A stretch of 64,000 bases of DNA from Callorhinchus milii. Lineage: Eukaryota. The notes under the pieces were generated by a model. That model ran no database searches and was not told where the DNA came from. It saw only the letters and a list, made by a program, of their open reading frames with translations. Shown here in pieces: positions 22,576 through 36,267 of the stretch (positions are counted from its first letter, which is position 1; the number at the start of each line of letters is the position of its first letter). Position numbers and translations under genes: made by a program. Location: assembly GCF_018977255.1 (NCBI RefSeq), contig NW_024704742.1, positions 55,430,001 through 55,494,000 of the forward strand, written 5' to 3'.

Positions 22576-25500
22576 AGAATTAACAAATAATATTCAGTAA
22601 AAAAATTTGCGCAGAACAGCCATGTCCTCCCTTCTACAGTGATATATACTGAGGGAGAAGGTAATCTAAATAGCCTTCGCTCTTCAAGCCCTGAAAGCTC
22701 ATAAAGATAGTTGTTCACTTAAACATTTCACGTATGACTGAGCAGCTTCAATGTTACCTTCAAGCAACACATCTTTCTCCTTTCCCTGTCATTTGGATTA
22801 TTAAAATGCATTATTTCTGTGTCGTAAGTTCAGTGTGATTAATACTTATCCTAAGCACTTTTAAAACAAAGCAGCTATTATAAATCTACTGTTATCATGT
22901 TAACTATATTCTCAAGGATATTGTAGTCGAGTGAAACAGCTCAGAGTGTTACTCTCCAGACTCTTTTGCAAATACTAGAAAACGACAATTAAATAATTTC
23001 ACATATGTTTACTTTGCAGCCCCCTTAACTTTTTTATACAGATTTCCACTGTTTATTTCAAAGAAACTATACAAATGAACTTAATTGATGCATTTGTACT
23101 GTGGCGTAAATATTATGTTTGCAATATTTCAGTGCATTGAAAAAGCTCAAACATACATATACAGTGCTATACAGTCTAACATCCAACCTGTTCACAGGCA
23201 ACTCTTAATAAGTACGAGCCTGAATTACAGAGAACTGCGTTTTTTATGTTTACAATTTGTGTTACAATTTACATTTGAACGATCTTACTTGAAAAAAGAT
23301 GTAAACGTTTACATATTAAATGAACCTTTAGAAAGTCATTCAAATATCCAGTGGGTAAGTGCAATAGGTGGCCTGATATTGAGACATACAGTCTGATTTG
23401 AACACTTGTCTGTAGCATTAAGAAGCCAGGAGTGAGAAACTTGATTCATAAAGGTTGTGTAAATATTGTATATTTTGGGTAATCAGATGTGGGTCATGTT
23501 AACCTAAAAATAACTCCACTCCAACTCACTCAACTTATATTAACACTGCCAGAGAAAGGATGTGTGAGGATAAATACTTGGTCAGATGTAGTATACTTCA
23601 ATGGTAATGATTCAAACTACAATTCTACAATTTCTACATTAATAGAAATGCAGCAATGAAACTACTCTGCAAACTTGTTGGGCAAACACTTGTAATAAAA
23701 TCCTCACCGAACCAAACATGCCCTTCAGTATTTTAATCATCAAGTTAAGGAACATTGTGTGCTGTACATTTGGGATCCACCTAACAATGCAATAACTATT
23801 TCTAGTTAGTTTCTAAAGTTTTAAGATGACATTTTCTATTACATTAGAAGAGTTTCTTGAAGGGCAAATGATTGATTCAAAGCATTATAGTCTTTCAGAT
23901 CTTGGAAATATCATGATGTTACTGAATATCCATGACACAATATTTGTTATGAAAATGAGCCAAAACACTGTAAATCATTCAAGCTGTCGCATGCTATCCT
24001 TCTTTTATGTAAGAAATGCAGACCCTTTGTGAAACATGAGAAGAAACATATAGTATATAGTGTTGCATTACGTGGAAGGAAGCCTAATTCAGGTCTAAAC
24101 ACAGAATAACTGTATATTAGCTGATCAAGAATATATGCCCTTGTTTGTCCTTACAGATACTGAGCAGATAATGCTTTGGGATTTTGTAGTCTATATCCAC
24201 TAATGATTTTGTCAGTTATGCATATTATTACTATAGAATTTTGTAATTAAAATAAATCAGGCATGTAGTTCCAGAGAGATCTGAGCTTCTAAATGATTTA
24301 ATTTCAAATTAATATAATTAAAGTAATATAATATTTCTTATAGCTGAATTAAATTTTCAGTCTAATCATATGACTTGAGGTATTTGAATAATCTGTTCAA
24401 ATGTCATAAACTGGATGTTGCGCAAATAGATTTTGTCATGTTATTAGGATCATGAATTTGCTTTGGCAAGCTTTGTATAAACATTAATAGAAATGCAGTA
24501 ATGAAACAACTCTGCAAACCTTTTGGGCAGTAAGTTTATGAGAATAACCATATATTTTTCTCACGTAAGTGAATGTGCATCAGTGCTATCATCAATCATT
24601 TTATAAACATTAAAGATCACTGATTGATTATTGATTCACAAGTCACATTCACTTTTATGGTATGTTCTTGTTTAAAATGTTGCCATATTTAAGTTATATT
24701 TGGTGACAGTACAGAAACATGGACCACAAAGCCAAAATGTTAAGAATATAGGAGCAGGAAAAAGCCATTCAACCTGTCAAGCATTATCCCTGATTTTTCT
24801 CTGTAATTCTTAATAAAAATAAGCCTTGAATTTGATTTAGCATCTAAGTGGACTTTCCGACTTTGGTGGATAGATGATGGATAGTTGGGAAGAATATCCG
24901 TTTAGTCAGGATTTATTTGGGGGAGAGTATTGGGACAGACCAGGTAAAGGTTATGGATGTTTAGCTATGGTTGTCAAAGTGCTTGCAAGAGTTTAACACT
25001 AATTATTGTCAAGGTGCCGATGCTGTTTTTCCTTAGACAAAAAATTATAGAACGACCTGTTGTCCCTAAAGTGAAGATATAGTAGTCTTTCATCAAGATA
25101 GATCTGAGGACAAATGCACCTTACACCAAAATGAGATAATGTGTTGAAATACAAATCACACACTAGGAGTGATTCTTACTATCACATGTATCCTTAAATG
25201 TTGTTATGGGTGATGCCAGCCTTATTAATGAATGGCATTTGTCAGGTAACAAACCAATCATGACTTGATGGGATTGTGATAAAATGAGTATTTTTACTAC
25301 ATGCCGAAGGACGTTCTCTATTTCTTGACTTAAACCACATGCAATATCTATTGCTACTTCAGATCAATGTAGTTGCCAGGGGGTTCAACTTTATTGAAGT
25401 AATAAATAATTACATGTGGCTGAATAGACATATTGATTGTGTTAAAGAGCACTGCACTACTCATTTGTGCAAGTTTTGACCTTTATCAGAAAGGTTCATA

Positions 25501-26409
25501 AAACACAGACTGTGAACTGATGTTTGTTTCTATTTTCTTCCCCCACAAGCTTGTCTGTTCATCTACCTGCTATTTGTCTCTATTTTCTCACTGGCTGTCC
25601 TTCCAAAGTGATCCTTCTTGAATAACATCAGACACTCTACAGCAGCAAATAGTTTACTTTTTCATTGTCTCTCTTTCTGTATTCGGTCTCCTGTACTATT
25701 TGCTTCTGGTGCTTCCAATTTCACCTTGTCTTGACTCATATGCTCTGATACACCTTACTTCTGTCTCATATTCACCATGTCTATGATTTAGGAGCAATCG
25801 TTAATCCTCTCTTTATTTTTCTTGCCTCCACTTTTTCTTGCACCAAATATTGGCCCTTCCTCAAATATTGACAACATATACCTGAGCTATGATTCCCAAT
25901 CAACACTCATGTGTGTGGTTCAAAGATGTATCCATAAACAAATCTCAGCATCTCCTATGTCCCTTTGCACACATCCAGGTGACAGAACATGACACAAATT
26001 TCCTCCTAATGCAAGTCAGATCAGTTCAAATTAAAGAATGCTGTCATTCGTGGTGGTGCAATTGTTATTTGTTACAATATCTAAATCTGCTTAAGCTAAC
26101 CTTTGAGACTCAGAAGTCAGAGGATACATTTTTCAACTGGTGCTTGATGAATATGACTGATCGTCTCAGGTATTCAAAGGAAGTGTCATGTTCTCACAGT
26201 GGAATTATGTGAAAACAAAACAGAAGTTGCTGTGGATTATGTGGTCGTATGGATTTCTATGTAGAAACCACCATCTGTGGAGAACAACCAATTACAATTT
26301 ACCAAAGTGTTGCTTTGCAGTTTATTAAAGTGATCACTGCCTATATGAAACTGTATTGTTTTTGTTAATGGTTGAAATTCACATATATTTCTCTGATTTT
26401 CTTATAAAG

Positions 26410-26482
26410 GTATGGATCAGCACCTTGGGACGTCCTCCCGACATGAAAGGAGCTATACAAATGTAATTTTGTTGCTGTTGTT
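26410..26482 (+). mobile_element. Isolated L2 3' tail
   Basis: cagcaccttgggacgtcctcccgacatgaaaggagctatacaaatgtaattttgttgctgttg. Confidence 0.85.
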
Positions 26483-26582
26483 CTTGGATTGTGGTTTCAA
26501 GACGAGATGGAAGTATACAATAGTCAATTTGACCTATTAAGGTTGATTCTTCTCAAAGATTCTCAAACCCTAATTTACATTC

Positions 26583-26997
26583 TAATAATAATAATTCTTG
26601 CCTTTGATATCATTTAAAACATCCAAACATCTCAAGCATTTCACAGGGAATTGCTGTAAATATCCACATTTGATAATTGTGGATGAATGTGGCAACCACG
26701 TTGTGCACAATAATGTCTTACATATAGCTAAGAAGTGAATGATCAAGTTAGGTGGAGGATTGCTGACTAAGACACTGGAAGAAACTCCCTTCTCTTTTTC
26801 AATAGTATCATGAGAACTTTAACATTGACCTGACCAGAGATAGGACCTTGGTTTAATGTTCCATTCGAAGGACACCGCCTCTGATAATGCAGGCTCTGAG
26901 AATACTTTACTGGAGTGTCAGCTTGACTATGAGCTCATAGTGCAAACATGGGGCTTGAACCCACAACCTTCTTTCTCAGAGACAAGAGCGCTACTGA
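26583..26997 (-). mobile_element. Deu-domain SINE, near full length
   Basis: tail, Deu core, head ggggcttgaacccacaaccttctttctcagagacaagagcgctac. Confidence 0.85.
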
Positions 26998-27099
26998 CCC
27001 CCCAATTTTCTGAGAGAGAAAGTGACCTAAGAAAATCAAACGTTCAATGTTTCTCCCTGAATCCCAAAGGTAATTAAGCGAAAAGTCTAGGATTTAAGA

Positions 27100-27500
27100 T
27101 CTAAGATCAAAATCTATGTTATTTAACACTGACTAGCTGCTATATTTGCTGATGATATTTATAATGTTCCCATCAGGACACAAGAATTAAGAAAATTATT
27201 TAGAAAATAGAAACAAATAATATTAAGATCAAGTATAATGGAAATATTTTAAATAATCTTTAGAGATTGGAAGGGTAAAATCCCAGTGATGGCTGAAATT
27301 AATATCCTTGTATCTTGAATTATTTACATAGTTTCACTCCAACATTTCAATTAATATGCAAGTAATTTTAATCAGACCAGTGAGGAGGAGTAGGTTTATA
27401 TAGTGTCCTAGTTACCATTGTTCAGCACATTTTGGTAGAGTCTGTTCCCATAAAAGATATCTTGCCAAATCAAAGGGTTTGACCTACCCTGAAAATAACG
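27100..27500 (+). mobile_element. Possible ancient L1 RT relic
   Basis: IFADDI (YADD-like) followed by RDWKGKIPVMAEINI (cf. RWxxLPLSxxGRIN). Confidence 0.35.
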
Positions 27501-27719
27501 ATCTTACTTAAGAACGCACAAGAAAGGATAATAGCAATCTGGTGGACAGTATCCTCCCCACCGTACTATTTGAAAAGAGAAGGAAGTTTCAACTGTATTC
27601 TGGCAAATATTCCCTCCCCAAATAAAATTCACCATTTGCATCATGGCTGTTTGATGGACATGAATGCACACAATTTGGTGAGCAAATTGGTTTTCCAGTT
27701 CATCTACAAACTGCACAGT

Positions 27720-28485
27720 CAACAACAACAACAAAATTACATTTATAGAGTGCCTTTTACAACGGGAGGACGTCCCAAAGCGCTGAACAGCCAGGTGTCG
27801 GGGCCCGAGCATGGGGGATGGGTGATGTAGGGGTGAGGGAAGGCAGAGATGTGGGGGGGAGACCAAAGGCACGGTCGAAGAGAAGGGTCTTGAGACTGGC
27901 CTTGAAGGAGGCAAGGGAAGAAGCGAGGTGAAGGGACCGTGGGATGGAATTCCAGAGTGTGGGGGCAGAGAGGCTGAAAGCCCGGCCACTGATGGTAGGG
28001 CGGGTCGGGCGGGAGACATGGAGCAGCCCGGAGCCCAATGAACGGAGAGAGTGGGTAGGGAGTCAGCAGGTCAGAGAGGTAGGAGGGGGCAAGGCCATGG
28101 ATGGCCTTAAAAATGAGGACCTTGAACTCAATCATCTGGGGGATGGGGAGCCAGTGGAGTCGGGCAAGGGTGGGAGTGATGGGGTCGCGGAGCCTGGTGC
28201 GTGAGAGTACACGAGCTGCAGAGTTTTGGATGATCTGCAGCTTGTGAAGGGAAGAGTTGGGAAGGCCGATGAGGAGGGAGTTCCTGTAATCGAGCCTTGA
28301 TGTGACGAATGCGTGGGTGAGGGTTTCGGCAGCCTGAGGGGTGAGGCAGTGGCGGAGTCTGGCAATGTTGTGGAGGTGGTGGTAGGCAGTGCCGGTCATG
28401 GCACGGATGTGGGGGAGAAAGGACAGTTCAGGGTCAAGCAAGATACCCAGGTTCCTGACTGGCGTAGTGAGGTTGAGTGTGCAGC
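27720..28485 (-). mobile_element. Young L2 LINE, 5'-truncated
   Basis: ORF 27743-28441 L2 ORF2 C-terminus HAFVTSRLDY..IQNSAAR..PITPTLARLHWLP; tail stem-loop and (CAA)n; highly similar to 37178-38250. Confidence 0.95.
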
Positions 28486-28629
28486 CACTATAGTCACTAT
28501 ACTTTTACAGTAAATCCTGTGAAGCAATTTTAAAATGTCCGCCTGACATGAAAGGTGCTACATCTAAAACATGTAAGGATTTTTTCTATCTGACCGATAC
28601 GAAAGCAAAAAAATATATATTATTCTGGT

Positions 28630-28850
28630 AATGCTTGATTTCCTCACCAAATAGTTTTCAATTCTCTCTTGACTTTGCTGATACAATCTGCCTTCAAATT
28701 CACTCTGGGATTTCCCAGAAAAAAATTATTATTATTAACAATGATCATAAAATAGACTCCAACAATATCGAACAGAAAAGGTGGCAAACTAAGGGAAACT
28801 GTGTATGACGCATGAAAACTTGCAGTAGGTTTGCATGAAAATATAGTTAG
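28630..28850 (-). mobile_element. Possible ancient L1 ORF2 relic
   Basis: SLSLPPFLF..NNFFLGNPRVNLK..KVKREL (cf. FIWxGKxPRI..K..GGL). Confidence 0.35.
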
Positions 28851-29909
28851 GACCATAGTGTGTCTTGAAGTTGCACACATTTTGAAATTGAAACCAATTC
28901 CTTGGACTTGATATACCCTTATGATGTATCTAATGCTTTATTCTCATATCTATACTAGATTACATTATTTTGCATTTTAAAACTGAAAACTAACTATTTT
29001 GCGCTATCATGATGGTCAACTGTTTGGTGGCTAGAAGATTAAGATATATTGGCACCAAATTATATTCAAACAGCATCATATAACATGTTGTTCAGCTGAA
29101 GTAATTTATTAGAGTGTACAGGCAATATTCTTCTGAACAGTAAACTCGAATGATCTGTCAGCTGAGAAGCAATGTGTGGGATCAAAGGCACTGATAAAAA
29201 ATATCCAATGAACAGTATAATGTCCTTGGCTGAAGATTAATGTGGCTAACTATCTGATCCCTGGCACTGCTGTGAATCAGCAGGATTACTGTTTGAGAAG
29301 TACAGATAGCTCTTATAAAGGTCATATTAATGAGAATAGATGGCAGAGAGAGTAAAGCAAAAAAGTTTCAGTATAGTTTTAGCAACAGAAAAACACTATA
29401 GTTCAATACTATTGATGACAGATCAAGACTTGTTGGCAGGACATAGAGGGGCAGATCAGTTGCTGGGGACAGGGATTTCTTCTTCTCAGACTCTATTAAC
29501 CTATCTGGAGAGTGGTCCAAGCTCGAAAAGCAATAGAGTTACTGTTTGAGAAGTATAGATAGCTCTCATAAAGGTCACATTTGCGAGACTGGATGGCAGA
29601 GAGCGTAAGGCAGAGTGGAAAGCTTACCAGGCAATGTTTGCAACACCAAGCTATATGGTTCAGCTGGTTAAATTCCAGCACACACTATTCCTCACAGGGA
29701 AAATGCTTTTAAGAGCCACACCTGTGTGGAACTCTTAGTCTGGTTTGCATACTCTTAAGCATAGTGATGAGTTTCCATTTGTATCAGACACTGACTGAAC
29801 ATCTAGCAACACAACAGTAGGGTATAAGTTGGGGTTGTGCTAACCATGTGTAAATGCGTGTGTATTAGAGAAAAATTCAAGTGTCCTTAATTTGTAATTA
29901 ACAACCATC

Positions 29910-30013
29910 AAAATATACAGTCAATTCACTTTACACTATATTCTGTGAGGCGCTTTGAGACTTCTCAAAGACCTGATAAGGCGCTATATCAAATGCAAAG
30001 ATTATTATTATTA
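29910..30013 (+). mobile_element. SINE 3' tail
   Basis: aaatatacagtcaattcacttta...gataaggcgctatatcaaatgcaaagattattattatt. Confidence 0.9.
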
Positions 30014-31164
30014 TCAAAAAGAATTATAATAACATTGAGACGTCACAAAGTGCCTCACAAGATTTATTGAGAAGTGAAATGACAGTGTATTTGTAAGCGA
30101 AACAGAATAATTGGTTGATAATTAATTAAGGGCATCTGTAATTCATTCTGTACTGGGATATGGTTAGCACAACTTGCAAATTAGATTCTAATATGTAGCA
30201 ATTATATTTTGTTGAAATAAATTATACATAATAAGTGAAACCTGTGAGAATCTTTGCTTGAAGCATTCATTATTTTAATCATATAGGAAATCTGTTTATT
30301 CCAATGTCAGTGTGTTGTAAGCCAAATATTGATTTGTGACAGAACTTATTTGCATAATATTGTTGGTACTTATCTTATTGCACAATTTTCATCCAGTTGT
30401 ATCTCATTTCAGTGTTAGAGTCTCAACATTTCAACCAGATGCTCAAATTTTCTCTAAAAATAAAATAAATCTATCCATACATTATACTTTACTATAATAT
30501 TTAAAGGAGTGTCATACCTTTGTGAAACAGAATTTGCTATCCAAATTTATTCATCCAAATGAATAATAATCCTTTCATTTGATGTTTATTCCATTGTCAT
30601 TGTGTTGGAATCTAAATATTGATTTGTGACAAAATGTATTTGCATAACATTGTGAAGCAGTTTGAGAGGTTTTGACAACATGATAAAGGTGCCTATCATG
30701 TTGTCAAAACTTCTCAAAGGATTTACAATAAAGTGTAGTGTATTTTGTCGGAGAAATTACGATGTTGAGGAAGTTATTGAAAATAAAGGTGTTTGCTTCA
30801 CAAATAAATTTCCTCTCACATTCCTCCAATTGACAGACAATAATATAACAATCTTGCATTTGATATAGCGCCTTATTACATCTCTGAGGTATCTCAAAGT
30901 GAATCCATTGGCTCCCATTGATATCAGAATTTATAGCCTCCAGACACAACATGTCCCTCATGTGGTTATTATCTTGCTGTGCATGTTCTGAAAATGACTC
31001 TCGATTGGCAAAAATTTGATTTTGAGACTGCCAGAGACTATCACTGAAAAGGAGGAATATTACACCATTAGCATTTTAGCACATAAAAAATTAGATGCAA
31101 ACATCATCGATGCCTCTTTATTTCATGATCAGATAGCTTCTGGAACCTTGAAGTTCTATAACTA

Positions 31165-32845
31165 CTCAGCTGCTTCTGTCCTCCCAGCCACTATCCTCTC
31201 CCCATCTTCCCCTCACACCCCGGCCCCTACCCATCCCTCCCTCCACACCTTCGAACCTGTCACAACCATTATGGCTCACATGAAACTCACCACATGCCCT
31301 CTCGATCTCATCCCTAGCCGTCTCCTTACCTCCCAGCTCCATCTCCTTGCCTCTCGACTCGCAGACCTCAATAACCTCTCCCTGTCCACTGACACTGTTC
31401 CCACTCCCTTAAAAACAGCAGTCATCACCTCAGTGGTCACACTCAAACAAACCTTCCTGGACCAATCCCTGGTCTCAAATTACCACCCCATCTCCAATCT
31501 CCCTTTCCTTTCCAAGGTCTTTGAATGTGTTGATGTGTCCCAGCTTCACTTCTTCCTCTCCCGCCACTCCATTTATGAACCCCTCCAATCGGGTTTCCAG
31601 GCTGCCCACAGCACAGAAACAGCTTTCGTCAAAGTGATAAATGACATTATAACCTTCTGTCCATCTGTGACCAGGGTCCCTCTGCTTCCTCGTCCTGGTT
31701 CAGATCCTTCCTTTTACACCGTCTCTAAAAATAGCTTCTCCTTCAGCCCCACACAGTCTTGTGCGGTGTTCCTCAGGGCTCTGTCCTTGGTTCCCTCCTC
31801 TTCAACATCTACATGTGGGTGTAGATCTTCTTGGTGACATCATCTACAGACATGGGGTCAACTTCCACATGTACGTTGCTGACACCTAACTCTATCTTTT
31901 TGCCACCACCCTCGACCACTGCTGTCCTGACAGAATGTCTGTCAGCCATCATGTCCTGGATGAGAGCTAACTTTTACCAGTTAACATCAACAAGACGGAG
32001 GCTCTGCTGATTGGCTCCTATCAGCGCCACCACACCTCAGGCACTGGCAGCAATACCATCCATGGTTGCACATTCCATCTTACTAAGCAGTTAAGAACCG
32101 TGGCATCTTGTTTGATTTTCAACTATCCTTTCTCCCCCACATCCATGTCATGACCCTCTTTGCCTTCCCCCACCTCCGCAACATTGCCTGGCTCCACCAC
32201 TGTCTCATCCCTTAGGCTGCCAAAAGCTTCATTCATGCATTTATTACATCTAGGCTTGACTATGCCAACTCCCTGCTTGTCAGTCTCCCTAACTCTTCCC
32301 TCCACAAGCTGCAGATCATCCAGAACTCTGCAGCTCAAGTCCTTTCCTGCATCAGGCTCCGTGATCTCATCACACCCCACCCTCGCCTGGCTGCACTGGC
32401 TCACCATCCCTCAGAGGATAGAGTTCAAAATCTTTGTCCTCGCCTTCAAGACCTACCTCAGTGATCTGCTTACACCTTATAAACCTGTCTGTTCTCTCAG
32501 CTCAGCAGGATCCAGCCTATACTGCTTCCCCAGCCCAGCCCGCCCCACCATCAGCGATCAGGCCTTCAGCCTCTCCACCCCCATCCTTTGGAACTCCATC
32601 TCACATTCCCTTCGCTTTGCTCCCCTCCTTGCCTCCTTCAAAACACATCTCAAGACCCTCCTCTTTGACCATGACTTCGGCCACCCTCCAACCATCCCTG
32701 CCCTCCATCCTCCCTGACCCCAATTCCCATCCCCTTCCATTTCCCCCCACCCCCACCCCTTCCACTTGAGTCCATATCCCTGATTGTTCAATGCCTTTGG
32801 ACGTCCTCCCCACGTGAAAGACGCTATACAAATATAATTTTATAT
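31165..32845 (+). mobile_element. L2 LINE, RT to 3' end, frameshifted
   Basis: TTCPLDLIP..NYHPISNLPFLSKVFE..QSGF..HSTETAFVKVINDI..LWNS..FKTHLKT; tail ggacgtcctccccacgtgaaag. Confidence 0.95.
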
Positions 32846-32904
32846 TGTAATGTATTTTGTAGTTGTGCAAAGTAGTCACCTGTACTTCCTGTAACATGAT
32901 GCAT

Positions 32905-33190
32905 AGCTAGAATCATAGAAATGATAGCACAGAAGGAAACCATTAAGTCTATGATGGTACTGCCTCCTCCACTAGAACTAACTACTGTAATCACAATTCC
33001 CTGCTCCCTCCCTACACTCTTTTTTATTGTTCCTTTTGAACAATTTATCCAATTCTGTTTAAATGTTGCTATGGTTTCAGCCTCAATAGCTACTTGTGGC
33101 ACAGCATTCCATCTCTAATAAGACTCTCCATGAAAATAGTTCTTCTAACCTCCCACTTATTGCTTCCAGTGACAATCCTCAGTTTATACC
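32905..33190 (-). mobile_element. CR1 3' end
   Basis: ORF 32824-33102 MPQVAIEAETIATFKQ..; aatcatagaaatgatagcacagaagg terminal repeat region. Confidence 0.8.
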
Positions 33191-33379
33191 TCCCCCACCA
33201 CCACCTACCTCTGGCATTCATTTATCATTTTGTGAAGCAGTTACATGAAAAAACAGAATGCTGAAATGGCACTTTAGAATCCAGAATTAATTACTACTGA
33301 AGTTGCTTGGCAAAATAGCAATAATAATAAATATTAGAAAACAGAGTCTGTGGTTAGTGGTAAAGCCTAATCATAATAA

Positions 33380-33662
33380 TATTAATGATCCTTAAATTTG
33401 ATATAGTGCTGCCTTATCACAGATTCAAAATGTCTCAAAGTGCATCTCAGTATTTACTGTAGTGTGTAGTGACCATGGATGAACAAGGCAGATAATTTGT
33501 ATACAACAAGTAGCCATGTCCCACAATGAAGGCATTAATAACTTACCTTATCTGGAATAGGTTTAACCAGGACACAGGGAGAAATTCTCTTTTTTGAATA
33601 GCGTTGTGGGATCTATAATGTCTGATCAAGCAGGCAGTGCCTCAGTTTAATGTCTCATCTGG
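33380..33662 (-). mobile_element. Deu-domain SINE 3' part
   Basis: tail then caggacacagggagaaattc...gtgggatct...ctcagtttaatgtctcatct. Confidence 0.75.
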
Positions 33663-35025
33663 AGGGTTGCAAATGTTACTCCCCTGTTAAAAAAGGGGAA
33701 ACGGATAAACCTGGTAATAACAGACCAGTCAGCCTAACGTCAGTAATGGGGAAATGTCTAGAGACCATTATAATTAATTAACTAATAATTAATTTTCACT
33801 TGGACCAAAATGTGTTAATAAAGGACAGCCAACACAAATTTATTAAAGGCCAATCATATCCAGCTAACTCGATTGACTTATTCGATGAAGTAACGGATAG
33901 GGTTGATGAAAGTAGTGCAGTTGATGTTGTGTAAATGGACTTTCAAAAACAGTTTGATAAAGTGCCAAATAAGAGACTTGTTAGCAAAATTGAAGCCCAT
34001 GGGATTAAAGGAACAGTAGCAACATGGATCCAAAATTGGCTGGGACACAGAAAGCAGAGGGTAGTGGTGAACGGTTGTTTTTCAGACTGGAGGGAACTAT
34101 ACAGTGGTGTCCACAAGGGTCGGTATTAGGACCACTGCTCTTTTAATATATGACCTGGACTTGGGTACAGGGAGCAACATTTTAAAGTTTACAGATGATA
34201 CAAATTGAAAATGTAGTAAACAGTGAGGTGGATAGTAACAGAATGCAGGAGGACATAGACAGGCTGGTGAAATGGGAAAACACATGGCAGATGGAATTTA
34301 ATGCAGAGAAGAAGTGTGAAGTGATGCATTTTGGGAGGAGGAATGTGAAGAAGCAATATACAAAAAATGGTACAGGAACAGAGAGACCTGGGGTACACAT
34401 ACACAAATCTTTGAAGGTGGCAGGACAAGTTGATAAAGCGGTTATGGGATCCTTGGCGTTACAAATAGAGGCATAGAACATAAGAGCAAGGAAGTTATGT
34501 TGAACCTTTACAAATCATTGGTTCGGCCTCAGGTGGACTATTGTGTCCAATTCTGGGCACAACACTATAAGAAGGATGTCTGGGCCTTGGAGAGGGTGCA
34601 GAGAAGATTTACAAGAATGATAGTAGAAATGATGGATTACAATTATGTAAATTGAGTCTAGAGAGGCTGGGATTACTGTTCTTAGAACAGAGGAGGTTGA
34701 GGGGAGATTTTAAAGAGATGTTCAAAATTCTGAGGGTTTTTGAGAGTAGATAGGGAGAAACTGTTTATTCTGGTGGGTGGGTCGGTAACCAGTGGATACA
34801 GATTTAAGGTAATTGGCAAAAGAACCAGAGGGGAGACAAGGAGAATTTTTTTTTGCCCAATCTGGAATGCACTGCCTGAAAGGGTGGTGGAAGTAGATTC
34901 CCTAATAGCTTTCAAAAGGGAATTTCAGAGCTATGGCGTAAGAATGGGGGAGTGGAGCTAGTTGGTAGCTCTTGCAAAGAGCCGGCACAGACACGATGGG
35001 TTGTGCTGTAAATTTCTATGAATCT
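33659..35025 (+). mobile_element. CR1 LINE, RT domain to 3' end, decayed
   Basis: WRVANVTPL.KKG..KPGN.RPVSLTSV, MDFQKxFDKVP, WIQNWL..RKQRVVVNG, KFTDDT, WQMEFNAEKKCEVMHFG, WNALPERVVE, CR1 tail. Confidence 0.95.
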
Positions 35026-35139
35026 TTGATCTGAAGAATGGCACCTCCTCTCCACCTTTATCCACAGCTCTGCCTCAGAGAGTCTATCTAGACTATTTAC
35101 TCAAAATTCCAGCAAAGTTTTAAAATAATAACTTTGATG

Positions 35140-35370
35140 CGTCAGCTTGGCTTAGTAGATAGTGCTCCCACTTCTCCGTCAAAGGTTGTGAGTTCGAGCT
35201 CAATGTCAGGACATTGAGGCAGGTGGACGTTGGATTGTTGGAGGTGTCATCCTTGGAATCATACATTGAATCAAAGTTCAATCTGCCTAACATTCGGCTA
35301 AATATTAAAGAACCCAAGCACTTTGAAATATACCATTTATCATAGACGCTATAAAAATGCAAGTTAAAAA
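35140..35370 (+). mobile_element. Deu-domain SINE, internally deleted
   Basis: ttggcttagtagatagtgc...aaggttgtgagttcgag head; ttggaggtgtcatccttgga core; tail. Confidence 0.6.
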
Positions 35371-36267
35371 ACAAAACTTTCTTTACTTCTGTAGAAGATA
35401 ATGAGTTGAATTTTGATATGGAGAGGATAGTGATAGATAGCTTTTGCATTACACTTTTGAAACTGCATACAAAACTTTCCCTTTGGGGCTAGTGAGTGGG
35501 GTGGAATTGATAATGGGATAGGAAGTGTTTAATTTATGAAATCATGAAGGCCAATGTCCATTTCTTGCTCTATGATTTCATTTGTTCTCGTGTTCTTTTT
35601 GAACCTTGTAACAAACTTTCAGCCAACTTTTATTCTCTATGGAACCCAATCTAAGTAAAACTGAATGCAAAGCAGTGAAAAACTTCAAATATTGATATCA
35701 AGGTCTCGTGGAGTAGATAAATGAAGGAACTGAATGCTGAAATGACTCTTGAGAATCCAAAGCTCATTACAACCAAAGACACTGATCTGTGAAATAGTTT
35801 CCAGCATGCTACAGATTTTATTGTTCAAATCATTATTGAAAACAGAAATTGTTTTTTAATATGTGGAAGCACCGATTAAGGAGAAGTTAAATAAGCATTA
35901 CAATTTGGATTAATTGGAATGGGGGTCATTGGAATAGATTTGATTTTTGTCCTAATTTGAAATCTGATTTGGGTAGGCAAGACAAATTGAAGCATGAATC
36001 CGTAATGAGATATTTTGAATTATTTTCATCTGTTCTGTTCTACATATTGCTGAATACGAATATGAAATGTGACAAAGGTTTAAGCAGCTTCATTCATTTT
36101 GCCCTTGCTTTAGGAAAGTACACATTTACATGGGTGGCTGGGGAGGACAGAATTCTATCCAAATTGAAATTGCATACATCAGGTAAACATTGTTTGAATT
36201 TATATGCACCCAGAGTTCATGTAAGCAGAACTTTCAAAGTAGTCCGGACATAAGTTGTGCCTTAGAT

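Noticed and set aside
31016..31837. Longest ORF (273 aa) as a host gene
   Set aside because: It is L2 RT sequence with an unrelated N-terminal read-in and a deleted, frameshifted end
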